Source: Candidatus Eiseniibacteriota bacterium | GTDB taxonomy: Bacteria > Eisenbacteria > RBG-16-71-46 > CAIMUX01 > VGJL01 | Length of the DNA stretch: 64,000 bases | NCBI GenBank assembly: GCA_963792585.1 | Contig: CAWBWI010000001.1 | Coordinates: 256,001 to 320,000 of the forward strand | Direction of reading: 5' to 3' | Shown here: positions 42,369 through 52,421 of the stretch, in pieces | Layout: every line of letters begins with the position of its first letter | Position numbering within the stretch: position 1 is the first letter of the stretch | Notes under the pieces: generated by a model | Database searches by the model: none | What the model was told of the DNA's origin: nothing | The model's input: only the letters and a program-made list of their open reading frames with translations | Program-made: the position numbers and the translations under genes

Positions 42369-42992
42369 GTGAGAACCGCGATGCTGGTGCTGGTGCTCGT
42401 GTCAGTTCTGTTCGTCCCTTCGAGCTGGGCGGACATCGTCATCCACGATGGAATATCTGAAATCGTGTCCTTCGAGGGTGGGATGTGCCTGGCCAGCAAC
42501 GGCCAAGTCTGGAGCCTCACCAACGGTGGTCCCGGTGGGTGGCAGCGCAGCGGTTGGGAAATATACGATGTCCCGATTCCGGTCGAGAGCATCAGGTTCT
42601 GGTGCCATAACTCATTTATCTCGATGACCGGCGAGGCTTGGATCTACTACGGCGGCGGGTGGGTTAACTTCGGCTCCTGGCCAGCATCCGCTGTTCCCGA
42701 CGACATGACTGCGGTTGCCGTTCCTTCTTCGAAGACGATGCCGAATCCTTCGCCCGGACCATGCCAGATAGCCTTCCGAGTCCAGGCTGAGGGGCCCATC
42801 GCGGTCGACATCTTCGACACCACCGGCCGCATCGTCCGTCGCCTGCTCGACGGCTCGCACCCGGCGGGGGACTACTCCCTGAAGTGGGACGGCCGGGATG
42901 ACAACGGGCGGGAGCTGCCGACGGGCGTGTACTTCGCGCGGGTCGCGACGGGGCGAGGAAGCGCGGTGGGGAGGGCAGTGATTGCGAGGTGA
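42369..42992 (+). CDS. Secreted protein with C-terminal FlgD-Ig domain
   Basis: GGAGG RBS plus GTG, signal peptide, PNPS...IFDTTGRIVRRL...WDGRDDNGRELPTGVYF. Confidence 0.8.
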   Translation: MRTAMLVLVLVSVLFVPSSWADIVIHDGISEIVSFEGGMCLASNGQVWSLTNGGPGGWQRSGWEIYDVPIPVESIRFWCHNSFISMTGEAWIYYGGGWVNFGSWPASAVPDDMTAVAVPSSKTMPNPSPGPCQIAFRVQAEGPIAVDIFDTTGRIVRRLLDGSHPAGDYSLKWDGRDDNGRELPTGVYFARVATGRGSAVGRAVIAR

Positions 42993-43548
42993 GTGCCCAG
43001 CGAAAGGCACGACTTTCTAATCAGCTGCGAGGTGCCGACCTTACATTGTTCGATGAGGGGAGGCTGGAAACCGAGTCTGGCCCTGGCCCTGGGACCGAGA
43101 CTTCGCCCGAAAAGGACGACAACTACCCGGGGACCTGGAACTGCGGCGCCTGGTTCCTACTCTACAGTCCGATCGCCTCAATTCCGAGCGAGGTCCTTCA
43201 CTCAACGGGCATTGTCAGCGTAGAGACATCAATCCGGACGGGGTTAAGGCAGCGACAGGGTCACTCCCATGATAAGCCTGACCACCCCTCTGATGTAGTT
43301 CGAACTTGCGGGCGCTTCCCAGGGCGAGTAGCATCGTTCTCGCACACCTCAGCAAGGGGGTGGCCAGGGAGCGCCCGAGCCCTTCTCTGTACTGCTCTGC
43401 GCTCTTGCGACAAGTTCCACTTTCACTTCAAGCAGAGACTGAGATGCCGAGCCGCCATCTTCCACATCGGTGTTCGCCACGGCCACAACGCTGGCGTCAG
43501 GAAATCATATGCTCAGGGAGTCATCTCCCCATGAGCGCGTCATAGACA

Positions 43549-46053
43549 ATGATACCCCCAACCTCCTCATCAAAGAGGCTTTGGCCTCCGTGGAGAAGAG
43601 TCATGATCGAACCGCGCAATGGTTACTCAGAGCCCATCCGCGAGCACTCGCTATCCCTATCCACTGTGCCAGGCAATGGCGTCACCTTAACGGCGAGGAG
43701 CCGACTCGGGCAACTAACTCTTATGCTCCTCGCAGGCGTATCCATGGTGTCTGGAACACTCATCCAGCAAGCAACTGCCGGCCCCAACGCAGGAGGCGTC
43801 CTTCTCATTCACACCAACAGCGACCCGGCTCCCCCCCACGGCGGTTACTACGATGGGGGACTGGCCGCCTGCTCTGCAGCTCTGACCCAGGCACCAGGTT
43901 CGAGTGAAGAATATACCCTGTGCTTTGTATACGCGGCATTTCCTTCCCACGCCGCACCAGGCCTCAGGGCCGTCTCTTTCAGCTTCTCCTATGATCCATT
44001 GAGCGTTGAAATATGGACCTACTTCCCTCCCGGTTCGATAGTGTTTACAGACGTAGGCTTTCCAGCTCCAGGCACTTCGGTCATCGTTTATCTCCCCGAG
44101 ACTATGTCTGATACTTTGACGGAAGTATGCTGCCTCGAGGCTTGGGGCTTAGCTGGGTCCTCAATATGCGTAACGCCATCTCAGTATCCAGACTGGCTAG
44201 GTTCGTTCGGCAACGAGGACTGTGAACTCCTTGATCCCATTACGGCCTACGGATCACTGGGCTTTGGCTTGAATGGCACCTTCACTTGCCCAACTGATGC
44301 TGCCACGGCCTGCTGTCTCTGCGATCCCTCCCACTCCTGGTGTGAGATCATCCCGCGTACGGACTGCGACATCCGTGGCGGGGAGTATGCGGGAGAGGTC
44401 GGTTGTGTTCCACATCCGTGTCCCCTAATCGCCGACTTTCGAATTGTCTCAACGAGTGACCCCGTTGTCTTCCGTTTCGAGGACACATCGACTGGTACGG
44501 TCACAACCCGATCTTGGGATTTCGGTGATGGTGACATTGGATCGGGAGCCATCGTGGAACACACCTACAGAGAGTGGTGCAGCGGCAACTACACTGTCCA
44601 GCTGACTGTTGACACGGAAAACGGCTGCTCAGATACGGCATCTAGAACGTTGGCCGTAACAGGTCCTGCGACGTGCGATAGGCCGAAAGTTGTTCTTGCA
44701 CTTGGTAAGGACCACGCCGGTGAGGACAACCTTGATCAAGGTACGTTGGAAATGGCGAGGACCCTACTCGAGGCTGACGGCTGGGCGGTGGTGCCGTGCT
44801 ATTCGCGCAGAAAGGCTGATCTTCTGCAAGACCTCAGTGATCCGTGTGTCCGCGGTGTTTACATAACAGCTCATGGCTGCAACAACGGAATACTCTACGA
44901 CGTGCCATGTAATCCGGCCACGAAGGTTGAGTTCGCAGATGCGCTTGGAAACCAGGCATGGGTGACGCCGGAGGAAGTTGGAGAAGCGACCCAATACCGA
45001 CGACTGGAGTTCATCACTGTGAATGCATGTGATCAAGAGGCTGCGGACTGGACTTCTTCCGCTAATGTGGCTCTAGGGCATGTGAGCGTGCCGATCTATC
45101 TGAAAGGGCGAGGGTCGGTTGTATGGCAAGACAAGTCCGATTTGGCTAGTCCTGCGCATCGCGGGACGAACCATGGACCGTGCACAGGGTTAGGGGATCC
45201 GAGAAAAGCCTTTGGAGAGAGTGACCTGGTGAGACTTAGCGGTTTGACTGGCTGTCCGTCATTCAAAGTATGTGATGATGGAGGGTGCGGTAGCCAACGC
45301 TATCCGAGTTCCTCCTGCGCTATTACCGTGGGAGTGCCGGACGATGGGACGCTTGCGCTAGTTGACCCGGCGGAGATGTTCTCGCTTGGATTCTACTTCC
45401 CCGGCTTCTACGGTGACTCCGTCGCTTGTTGGGCTGGGGACTATGTGAGGGTGCCGGGGTCGCTGATGTATGGTGCTGGGCGACCATTGGGGCGACACTT
45501 GGTCTATTCCTGCGTACCGTGGGAGGTAGGAGTGCGCCCCGATAGTGTCAGTATAGTGATGAGGTATAGACAGGCAGAAGTTGACTCGCTCGGTCTGGTG
45601 GAGAGGCTGTTATATCCATGTTACATGGATGCAGATTCGGGCGAGTACAATCCTCTTGCGTGTGTGCGAGACACCCTGTCGGACGAGGTGCGTTGTACTG
45701 CGCCTGGATGGGGGATCGTTGGGCTGTACGAGCTGGCGGGGGGAGCGGAGGTGGTTGAGCATTCGGTAGGAGGCGGGCAAGCACTTGACATGCGGGTGGT
45801 GCCTAATCCATCTGCCGCGGATGTTCAGTTGTCGCTCCGTGTGTCCCATGCGTGCTACGCGAGACTATTGATCGTGGACTGCGGCGGGCGGGTGGTCAGA
45901 CGGCTCGCTGACTATCAGCTTGTCCCCGGGACGACACGCGTAACCTGGGATGGGAGAGACGACAAGGGGGATCTGGTAGCGAGCGGGGTGTACTTGTGCC
46001 GTGTGGAATCCCAAGGACTGCGCCGGACCTGCCCAATGGTTCGGGTTAGGTGA
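43549..46053 (+). CDS. Secreted multidomain Cys-rich protein (PKD domain plus FlgD-Ig); true start probably further downstream
   Basis: GPNAGGVLLIH mature N-terminus, TACC..C..C spacer, PKD (FEDTSTG....SWDFGDG...HTY...YTVQLTV), WDGRDDKG..VASGVY. Confidence 0.8.
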   Translation: MIPPTSSSKRLWPPWRRVMIEPRNGYSEPIREHSLSLSTVPGNGVTLTARSRLGQLTLMLLAGVSMVSGTLIQQATAGPNAGGVLLIHTNSDPAPPHGGYYDGGLAACSAALTQAPGSSEEYTLCFVYAAFPSHAAPGLRAVSFSFSYDPLSVEIWTYFPPGSIVFTDVGFPAPGTSVIVYLPETMSDTLTEVCCLEAWGLAGSSICVTPSQYPDWLGSFGNEDCELLDPITAYGSLGFGLNGTFTCPTDAATACCLCDPSHSWCEIIPRTDCDIRGGEYAGEVGCVPHPCPLIADFRIVSTSDPVVFRFEDTSTGTVTTRSWDFGDGDIGSGAIVEHTYREWCSGNYTVQLTVDTENGCSDTASRTLAVTGPATCDRPKVVLALGKDHAGEDNLDQGTLEMARTLLEADGWAVVPCYSRRKADLLQDLSDPCVRGVYITAHGCNNGILYDVPCNPATKVEFADALGNQAWVTPEEVGEATQYRRLEFITVNACDQEAADWTSSANVALGHVSVPIYLKGRGSVVWQDKSDLASPAHRGTNHGPCTGLGDPRKAFGESDLVRLSGLTGCPSFKVCDDGGCGSQRYPSSSCAITVGVPDDGTLALVDPAEMFSLGFYFPGFYGDSVACWAGDYVRVPGSLMYGAGRPLGRHLVYSCVPWEVGVRPDSVSIVMRYRQAEVDSLGLVERLLYPCYMDADSGEYNPLACVRDTLSDEVRCTAPGWGIVGLYELAGGAEVVEHSVGGGQALDMRVVPNPSAADVQLSLRVSHACYARLLIVDCGGRVVRRLADYQLVPGTTRVTWDGRDDKGDLVASGVYLCRVESQGLRRTCPMVRVR

Positions 46054-46393
46054 GTGACTGAGTGTGAGCCGAGACTCCGGAGGTCCAGAGGATCCGAGGG
46101 AACGAGATGCAGGGGCCAAGGGACCGACTGCGATAGGGCTCTGGGGGAACCTCAGGGGTGACAGTCCAGCTTGGTGATGGAAGAGCAAGTGGGCCGAGCC
46201 AGAGTACGGTCAATCCCGAGAGCAGTTCGGTGCGACCAGGCAAGGCTGGTCAGGAGAGAGGGAGTTAACGGAACTTCCGAAATCCTGTTTGTCGTCCACA
46301 AAGTGCAAGTCCCGCCGTGCCAATGGAATGCCGGACCTGTCTTGAAGACCAGAACGTAGCGATTTGGGAGAGAGTCGTTAGTAAACTGTCCTT

Positions 46394-46812
46394 AGCGGGG
46401 AGCCACTGATCCAAGCCACGAGCTTATCGTGGCGAGAGCGGTGAACGGAGCCTCGGTGGTGCATGCTGCCGGGGCTCGTTGTTTGTCCCAACAACCGCGC
46501 ATAGTTACGACGACGTTGCTGCGAAGCCGATTCTCTGTTTCGAAACTGTATCGACCGCAACCGGAGAGAACCTCCCGTTTCGGTGACCCAGCAGGCCGAA
46601 ACTCTCTCCTTCGCGATTCTCTATCCGCCAGTGGTGAACGACGCGGTTCGCTCCGGGGTACCAGAGCGCACGCTTCACGAAACTGCGTTCTCATGGTGAA
46701 CGCCCATGCGATCGCGACATGCCGGGCGTGAGTGCAGGAGCGCGGGGATTGCAGGGGACGGGGTCGCGGACTACCCCAAGGCGAGCGAAGGTGGGGATGC
46801 CGGACACAGACG
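46394..46812 (+). repeat. Repeat family L, copy 2
   Basis: Colinear with 8277-8700. Confidence 0.9.
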
Positions 46813-47049
46813 AGGGTCGCGGCTGGTGATGACCCACCAGCTTTTGCCCGACCGGACTCGCAGGCCGCGGGAGGCACCCCACTGCTTACGCGGCAAGGGG
46901 GAGCACGATATCGCTGACGACCGTCCGGTGGAAGATTAGCCGAGCCGATAGAAGTGTTCCAATGAGGCTGTCGAGCGTATCATGAGAACGGCGCGAATCT
47001 GTGCGGACGAAGGGGTTTTCGCGGAATGTACCTCCCTGGGAGGACTCAG

Positions 47050-48348
47050 ATGAAACGCTTACCGACCCTGCCCTGCATGTGTCTCACGCTCGTGATCACG
47101 GTTCCCGCTGCCGGAGCCACCTGGCACGTTCCGGGGGATGCTCCCACCATCCAGGCAGGGATCAACGCGGCTTCAGCAGGAGATGATGTGCTGGTCGCGC
47201 CGGGGGAGTATCTCGAGCACGATATCGTCATGAAGGCCGGGATCTGGGTTCACAGCGAGCAAGGGGCAGAAGCCACGACCGTCGATGCAGCGTCAGCCGG
47301 TCGGGGATTCGATTCGGCTGGCCTCCAACAGGATGCGATCATCGAGGGATTCAGGATCGTTCATGGATTGGTCGAGTCGGGTGAGTACGAGGATCGAGAG
47401 GGAGGAGGACTCCGGTGCCGCGACTCCCGGATGACAATCCGTGACTGCCTCATCGAGGACTGCAGCGCGAGCGCAAGCGGAGGCGGCATCCTTGTCCAGA
47501 ACTCAACGATTTTGATTGAGGGATGCACGGTTCGGAACTGCACGGCCTATCAAGGAGGGGGGATCTGGGCTCCAAGCGGATGCAGGCTCACCATGACCGA
47601 CACCGTCGTCACTGACAACGACAGGTTGGCGATGTGGGCGGATGGGCCGGAGGTGACCATCCTACGCTGCGTCTTCGCCAGGAACATCGCAGGATTCGGT
47701 AATCCTGCGGGACTCCTCGTCCATACGCCCGCGCTGACCATCGAGGACTGTCTGTTCGTCGACAACCGGAACGATTGGTGGGGCGGCATCACCAGTCTCA
47801 CTGTCGTGCTCAGCTCCGGTACGATCTCGGGCTGTACGGTGGCAAGAAACGCCCTTACGAGTGAGAACGCTGCGGTTTCCATCATCGATTCGAACATCGG
47901 CCTCAACAGGATCATCATCGCCTTCCACGAGGGTTCGGCTTTGGAGTGTTCTGGAACAGTCACGGTCCGCTGCTGTGACTTCTACGGGAATACCACCGGA
48001 AACGCAGTCTGTGGCAATGACCTTGGCGGCAACATCTCAGCCGACCCGCTCTTCTGCGATGCCGCGAACGATGGCTACACCCTGGACGCGCGGTCGCCTT
48101 GCCTCCCTGGCAACCACCCGGATGGCGTCGACTGCGGACTGATCGGTGCACTTGGGCAGGGCTGTAGCACACCACTGACCGGTGCCTGCTGTTTCGTCGA
48201 TGGATCGTGCCTCGTGCTTGGGCAGTCGGTATGTGGCGACCAGGGCGGAACCTACCAGGGCGACGGGACAACGTGTGATCCGAATCCCTGCGAGCCGACG
48301 CCGGTTCAGCCCACCACATGGGGGCGGATCAAAGCTAGCTACCGGTGA
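47050..48348 (+). CDS. Secreted right-handed beta-helix protein with GACC spacer and TWG tail
   Basis: TWHVPGDAPTIQAGI, GGG(I/L) repeats, DPLFC...SPC, TGACCF..., PTTWGRIKASYR*. Confidence 0.85.
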   Translation: MKRLPTLPCMCLTLVITVPAAGATWHVPGDAPTIQAGINAASAGDDVLVAPGEYLEHDIVMKAGIWVHSEQGAEATTVDAASAGRGFDSAGLQQDAIIEGFRIVHGLVESGEYEDREGGGLRCRDSRMTIRDCLIEDCSASASGGGILVQNSTILIEGCTVRNCTAYQGGGIWAPSGCRLTMTDTVVTDNDRLAMWADGPEVTILRCVFARNIAGFGNPAGLLVHTPALTIEDCLFVDNRNDWWGGITSLTVVLSSGTISGCTVARNALTSENAAVSIIDSNIGLNRIIIAFHEGSALECSGTVTVRCCDFYGNTTGNAVCGNDLGGNISADPLFCDAANDGYTLDARSPCLPGNHPDGVDCGLIGALGQGCSTPLTGACCFVDGSCLVLGQSVCGDQGGTYQGDGTTCDPNPCEPTPVQPTTWGRIKASYR

Positions 48349-48637
48349 GGTGGTAACAGCGTGGACGTAGGGGTGGCCTGTGGCGCAGAGACTCTGCAAG
48401 CCGCCCTTCGCGCGCCAGGCCCGTCTGCTGCTTGGACATGAGCGCTCACGGAGCGTAAAATCGTCTTGCGCGTCCAAGTTGATTCGGTAATGGGTCGAAT
48501 CCGTGCTCAGACGAAGGAGATGATGAGATGCGGCCGCAACCGCGCGTTTCCCGTTGGCTCTACCTCGCTTGGCGACCATTGCCCTCCGACACACTGCCAG
48601 TCCAGGATCTTACCAACCATGCAGATGGGGGTGTTTC

Positions 48638-49468
48638 ATGAAGCCGATCATCGGTCTGTTCCTGACTTTCTGCCTGCTGTCGATCGGATCGGTGGCGACC
48701 GCAGACATCTTCTTCGAGGAGCAGTTCAACGGAACGGCGCTGGACCCTTCAGTCTGGCGCACAGAGATCCTGACCGGAGGCGCACGGTGGTGTGACTCCA
48801 ATCCCGGCCAGGGGGAGGGTCCTGGGACCTGGGTAGCGGAAGGCGAGGAGTGCTACGGGGTCGCCGCGGGCTCACCGTACGGTAATGCGACCCTTTCCGA
48901 CGGATTGCTACATCTGTCTTCCACCAATGGACAGGCGTTTCCCTATTTGGCTTCGAGGCTTCCCGGCCCGGTTGAGGTATTCCCCTCGTCAGGCGACTGG
49001 ACACTGCGAGTAAGGATGCGTTTCGACCACATTACGTTGTGGGGCACCGGTCTCGTGGTACTTCAAACGCAGAGCACGGAATCGATTGGGGACGATCCCC
49101 CAAACGACCCTTACGAGAGCATCCTCCTCTCAATCCTGAGCGATCACGGCTCAGGCTTCGAGCTCTATTCGGCCCTCGATGGCTCTTACGTTCCCGTCGC
49201 ATTCATTCCATCGGCGGCCGAGTTGCACGAGTTCGAGCTGGAGTGCGTCGGGACTTCCTTCACAATTCTGGTTGACGGACAGGCCGTCTACGGCCCTGTC
49301 ACCAGTGCCCTGAGGCCGACCGCCGTCCTGATGGGCAGCCCGGTTCTGGCCTACTGGTACCCCACGGACTGGTGCTGGTTCAGCGTCGACTACTTCCAGG
49401 TGGAGGTGCCGGGGCCGGTCCCGGTCGTGAGTGCGACATGGGGTACTATCAAGGCAATGCACCGATAG
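48638..49468 (+). CDS. Secreted concanavalin/GH16-like beta-sandwich protein with TWG tail
   Basis: FFEEQFNGTALDPSVW, H.F.LEC....TILVDG, VDYFQV, SATWGTIKAMHR*; paralog of 55290-56246. Confidence 0.75.
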   Translation: MKPIIGLFLTFCLLSIGSVATADIFFEEQFNGTALDPSVWRTEILTGGARWCDSNPGQGEGPGTWVAEGEECYGVAAGSPYGNATLSDGLLHLSSTNGQAFPYLASRLPGPVEVFPSSGDWTLRVRMRFDHITLWGTGLVVLQTQSTESIGDDPPNDPYESILLSILSDHGSGFELYSALDGSYVPVAFIPSAAELHEFELECVGTSFTILVDGQAVYGPVTSALRPTAVLMGSPVLAYWYPTDWCWFSVDYFQVEVPGPVPVVSATWGTIKAMHR

Positions 49469-49534
49469 CCATAGTCCGCGTGAGCGTGCCACGAAGCCGA
49501 TGAGCGAAGGTCAACCGACCGACTGACAGAGGTC

Positions 49535-49665
49535 ACGCCCTTCCGGTGAACGCCGATGCGATCGGGACATGCCGAGCGTGGGTGCCGGAGCGCGGGGGTC
49601 TCGGGGGACGGAGCCAGAAACTACCCCAAGGTCGGCGAGGATGGAGACGCCGGGCACGGCCAAGG
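49535..49665 (+). repeat. Repeat family L, partial copy 3 (3' half)
   Basis: ccggtgaacgccgatgcgatcgggacatgccgagcgtgggtgccggagcgcggggg...ctaccccaagg matches 46695-46790 and 56381-56470. Confidence 0.85.
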
Positions 49666-49870
49666 AGCCTGGCTGCTGATAAACAGCCAGCCCCAGCCCG
49701 ACCGAAAAGCGCCCTCAGAGACCGGCGCAACCGCAGTCGCATCGACAGCCATCGCCTCGTCAGCGACGCTCGTTCTGCTCGTTCCTGCTCCCGCCCTTGT
49801 CCTTACGAGGCCTGCCTGCTACCCTTGATTCCGGCTAATCCCCTGCGATCTCGTCCCGAGGGAGGCTTAT

Positions 49871-51010
49871 GTGAAGACGGCCGCAGTGTTCCTCGCGCAT
49901 TTTCTGATTCCTGCTTATGCCATTCTTGCCGTGCCTGCAGAAGCGACGACCTACCTCGTCCGCCCAGATGGCTCCGGCGATTTCCCCACGATTCAGGCAG
50001 CGTTGGATGCCGCTGTCGGCGGCGACGAAATCCTGCTCGCCAGCGGAACGTTCCAGGGGGCCGGAAACGGGAACCTGACATTCCAGGGCAAGTCACTCGT
50101 CGTGCGATCAGAAAGTGGTGACCCCGAGAGCTGCGTGATCGATTGTGGGTATCGCACCAGGGGATTCCAATTCGTCTCGGGGGAGACCAGAGAAGCCCGC
50201 GTCGAATCGGTCAGGGTCACGCATGGGCAGCCCAACCGAGGCGGCGCGATCTACTGCGTGGGCAGCAGCCCCAGTCTGGTTGATTGCGTCTTCGACGAGT
50301 CCCATGCTGATCTCGGGGGCGGTGTCTATGTTGACCACGGCTCGCCATTGATCCGCGGGTGCAGGTTCTACTGGTGCGGGCATGTCTATGGTGCTGAGAC
50401 GGCCGGCGGTGCGATCTACTCATGGGCCAGCCAAGTCGACATCGAGGACTGCTACTTCGACCAGAACGGGGCTCCGGAAGGTGGAGGCATCTGGGCATGG
50501 GGGTCGCTCCTTCACGTGATCGACTCCACATTCCGGGTCAATTTCGGCGACGGTCCGGCGCTGTGGTGTGAGGCGGGAACGACTGTAATTATGGCGGGCT
50601 GCACCGTGTTCTACAATCTCGGCGGTGGGGAAGACGGACAGATTCACCTTGAGGGCGGCTCCAATCTCCACGCGGAGCGTACGTTGATCGCCTTCTGTAT
50701 CGAGAGCGAGATGGCGATCTTCTGTGATGGCTCATCGACAGCGAACCTAAGCTGCTGCTGCGTCTACGGCAATCCCGGGGGTGACTGGGTCGGTTGTCTC
50801 GCAGGGCAGGAGGCAGTGAGTGACAACCTCTGGGTCGATCCGATCATTTGCAGCCTCGAGGACCTGGATCCCCACCTGCGCAGCGACTCGCCGTGCGCAG
50901 CCGAGAACAACTCGGCGTGTGGACAAATAGGCTCACTGGGGGTTGGTTGCGATGCCCCTGTGCCAGTTCGGGTGACGACTTGGGGGCGGATCAAGGCGGC
51001 GTACCGATGA
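49871..51010 (+). CDS. Secreted right-handed beta-helix protein with TWG tail
   Basis: VRPDGSGDFPTIQAA, GGAIY repeats, VDP..C...DSPC, VTTWGRIKAAYR*. Confidence 0.85.
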   Translation: MKTAAVFLAHFLIPAYAILAVPAEATTYLVRPDGSGDFPTIQAALDAAVGGDEILLASGTFQGAGNGNLTFQGKSLVVRSESGDPESCVIDCGYRTRGFQFVSGETREARVESVRVTHGQPNRGGAIYCVGSSPSLVDCVFDESHADLGGGVYVDHGSPLIRGCRFYWCGHVYGAETAGGAIYSWASQVDIEDCYFDQNGAPEGGGIWAWGSLLHVIDSTFRVNFGDGPALWCEAGTTVIMAGCTVFYNLGGGEDGQIHLEGGSNLHAERTLIAFCIESEMAIFCDGSSTANLSCCCVYGNPGGDWVGCLAGQEAVSDNLWVDPIICSLEDLDPHLRSDSPCAAENNSACGQIGSLGVGCDAPVPVRVTTWGRIKAAYR

Positions 51011-52376
51011 GACTCGCCCCAGTAGGACTGTCCATCGTCGGGGTCGCCGCCATACTCGCCTGCGTTCTCTCGTCGGGAGCCGTGGTCGCCCGAACCTGGC
51101 ACGTCCCAGGGGATGCTCCCAACATCCAGGCGGGGATCAACATGGCTGTCGGTGGGGACACTGTTCGGGTGGGGGAAGGCACATACTCTGGTGAGGGCAA
51201 CAGAGACATCCGTTTCGACCGCAATATCGTGCTGATGTCTGATGGCGGGCCGGAACGCACCATCATCTCCTGCGGCGGGTCCGAAAGCGACGAACATCGA
51301 GGTTTTCTCTGCCTGAACGGTTCCACTGGTGGAACCATTGACGGCTTCACAGTGATTGGCGGCCATGTCGGAGACGGGGGAGCTGCAATCAGGTTCATTT
51401 TTGGATCGGTCTTCGTCACCAATTGCGCTCTGCGGGACAACGAAGGAGGAACGCAAGGCGGCGCGATCTTCGTGTACGTGAGGACATCCCCGACGATTGA
51501 CCACTGCACGATCACGGGGAACACAGCCGATGCGGGCCCAGCAGTTCTATGTCTCGCGAACTCTGCTCCGACGATATCTGACTGCCTGATCGTGAACAAC
51601 CATGCCCGCTACGAAACGGGAGGGATTTCTTGCAGGGGAGCTTCGCCAACGATTTCTCGTTGCGTGATCGCAGGCAACGTGGGACCGCAAAGTGGCGGAA
51701 TCATGAGCAGGAACCATTCAAACTTGACTGTGAACGATTGCCTCATCACCGGAAACCGGGCCCAGTCGGGGGAGGGGCAGTAGCGATAGTGAACTCTGCA
51801 TCGGCGACATTCACCGACTGCACCATTACTGCCAACTATGTCGACAGCCGAGGTGGTGGCCTCTTCCTCTGGGAAGGTGCCGCGGTTACGCTGACTCGGA
51901 CCATCCTATGGGGCAACTGCGGGGGCGCGGGCGGGAACGAGTTGCACTTCAACGGGGCGACCTCCATGAGCGCCGCCTTCGACTGCTGCGATGTCGACTC
52001 CTCCGGCATTGACGGTCTTGGGGATGTTCACTATCTCGAGGATGACATCTTTCTTGACCCCCAGTTCTGCGGTCCAGAATCCTGTCAGAATGCGCCGACC
52101 GCCGAGGGCGACTTCACCCTAGATTCGACTTCCCCTTGTCTCCCTGAGTCTAGCCCCTGCGCCCAATTGATCGGGGCGCGGGGTCAAGGTTGCGGTGGGA
52201 TTCCGACCGGTGCGTGTTGCTTCGTCGATGGATCCTGCCTCGTCCTTGGGCGGTCAGCGTGCGGGGACCAGCACGGGACCTATCAAGGAGACGGCACGAC
52301 GTGCGATCCGAATCCCTGTGAGCCTACGCCGATCCAACCGACCACCTGGGGGCGGATCAAGGCGGGGTACCGCTGA
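51007..52376 (+). CDS. Secreted right-handed beta-helix protein with GACC spacer and TWG tail (indel in G-run near 51770)
   Basis: ORF 50848-51783 (from ATG 51007) plus 51630-52376; PTTWGRIKAGYR*. Confidence 0.8.
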
Positions 52377-52421
52377 GGGCGTGAGAGCGCATCCTTGGCA
52401 GATCGAATGGAGGGATAGGCC

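Noticed and set aside
42993..43548. Possible gene or RNA in the 550-bp gap
   Set aside because: No credible ORF, no similarity to other repeats and no convincing structure by eye.
48179..52376. Near-duplicate 3' gene ends as DGR template/variable repeats
   Set aside because: Differences are mostly synonymous third-position changes, not adenine-specific, and no reverse transcriptase is present in the window.
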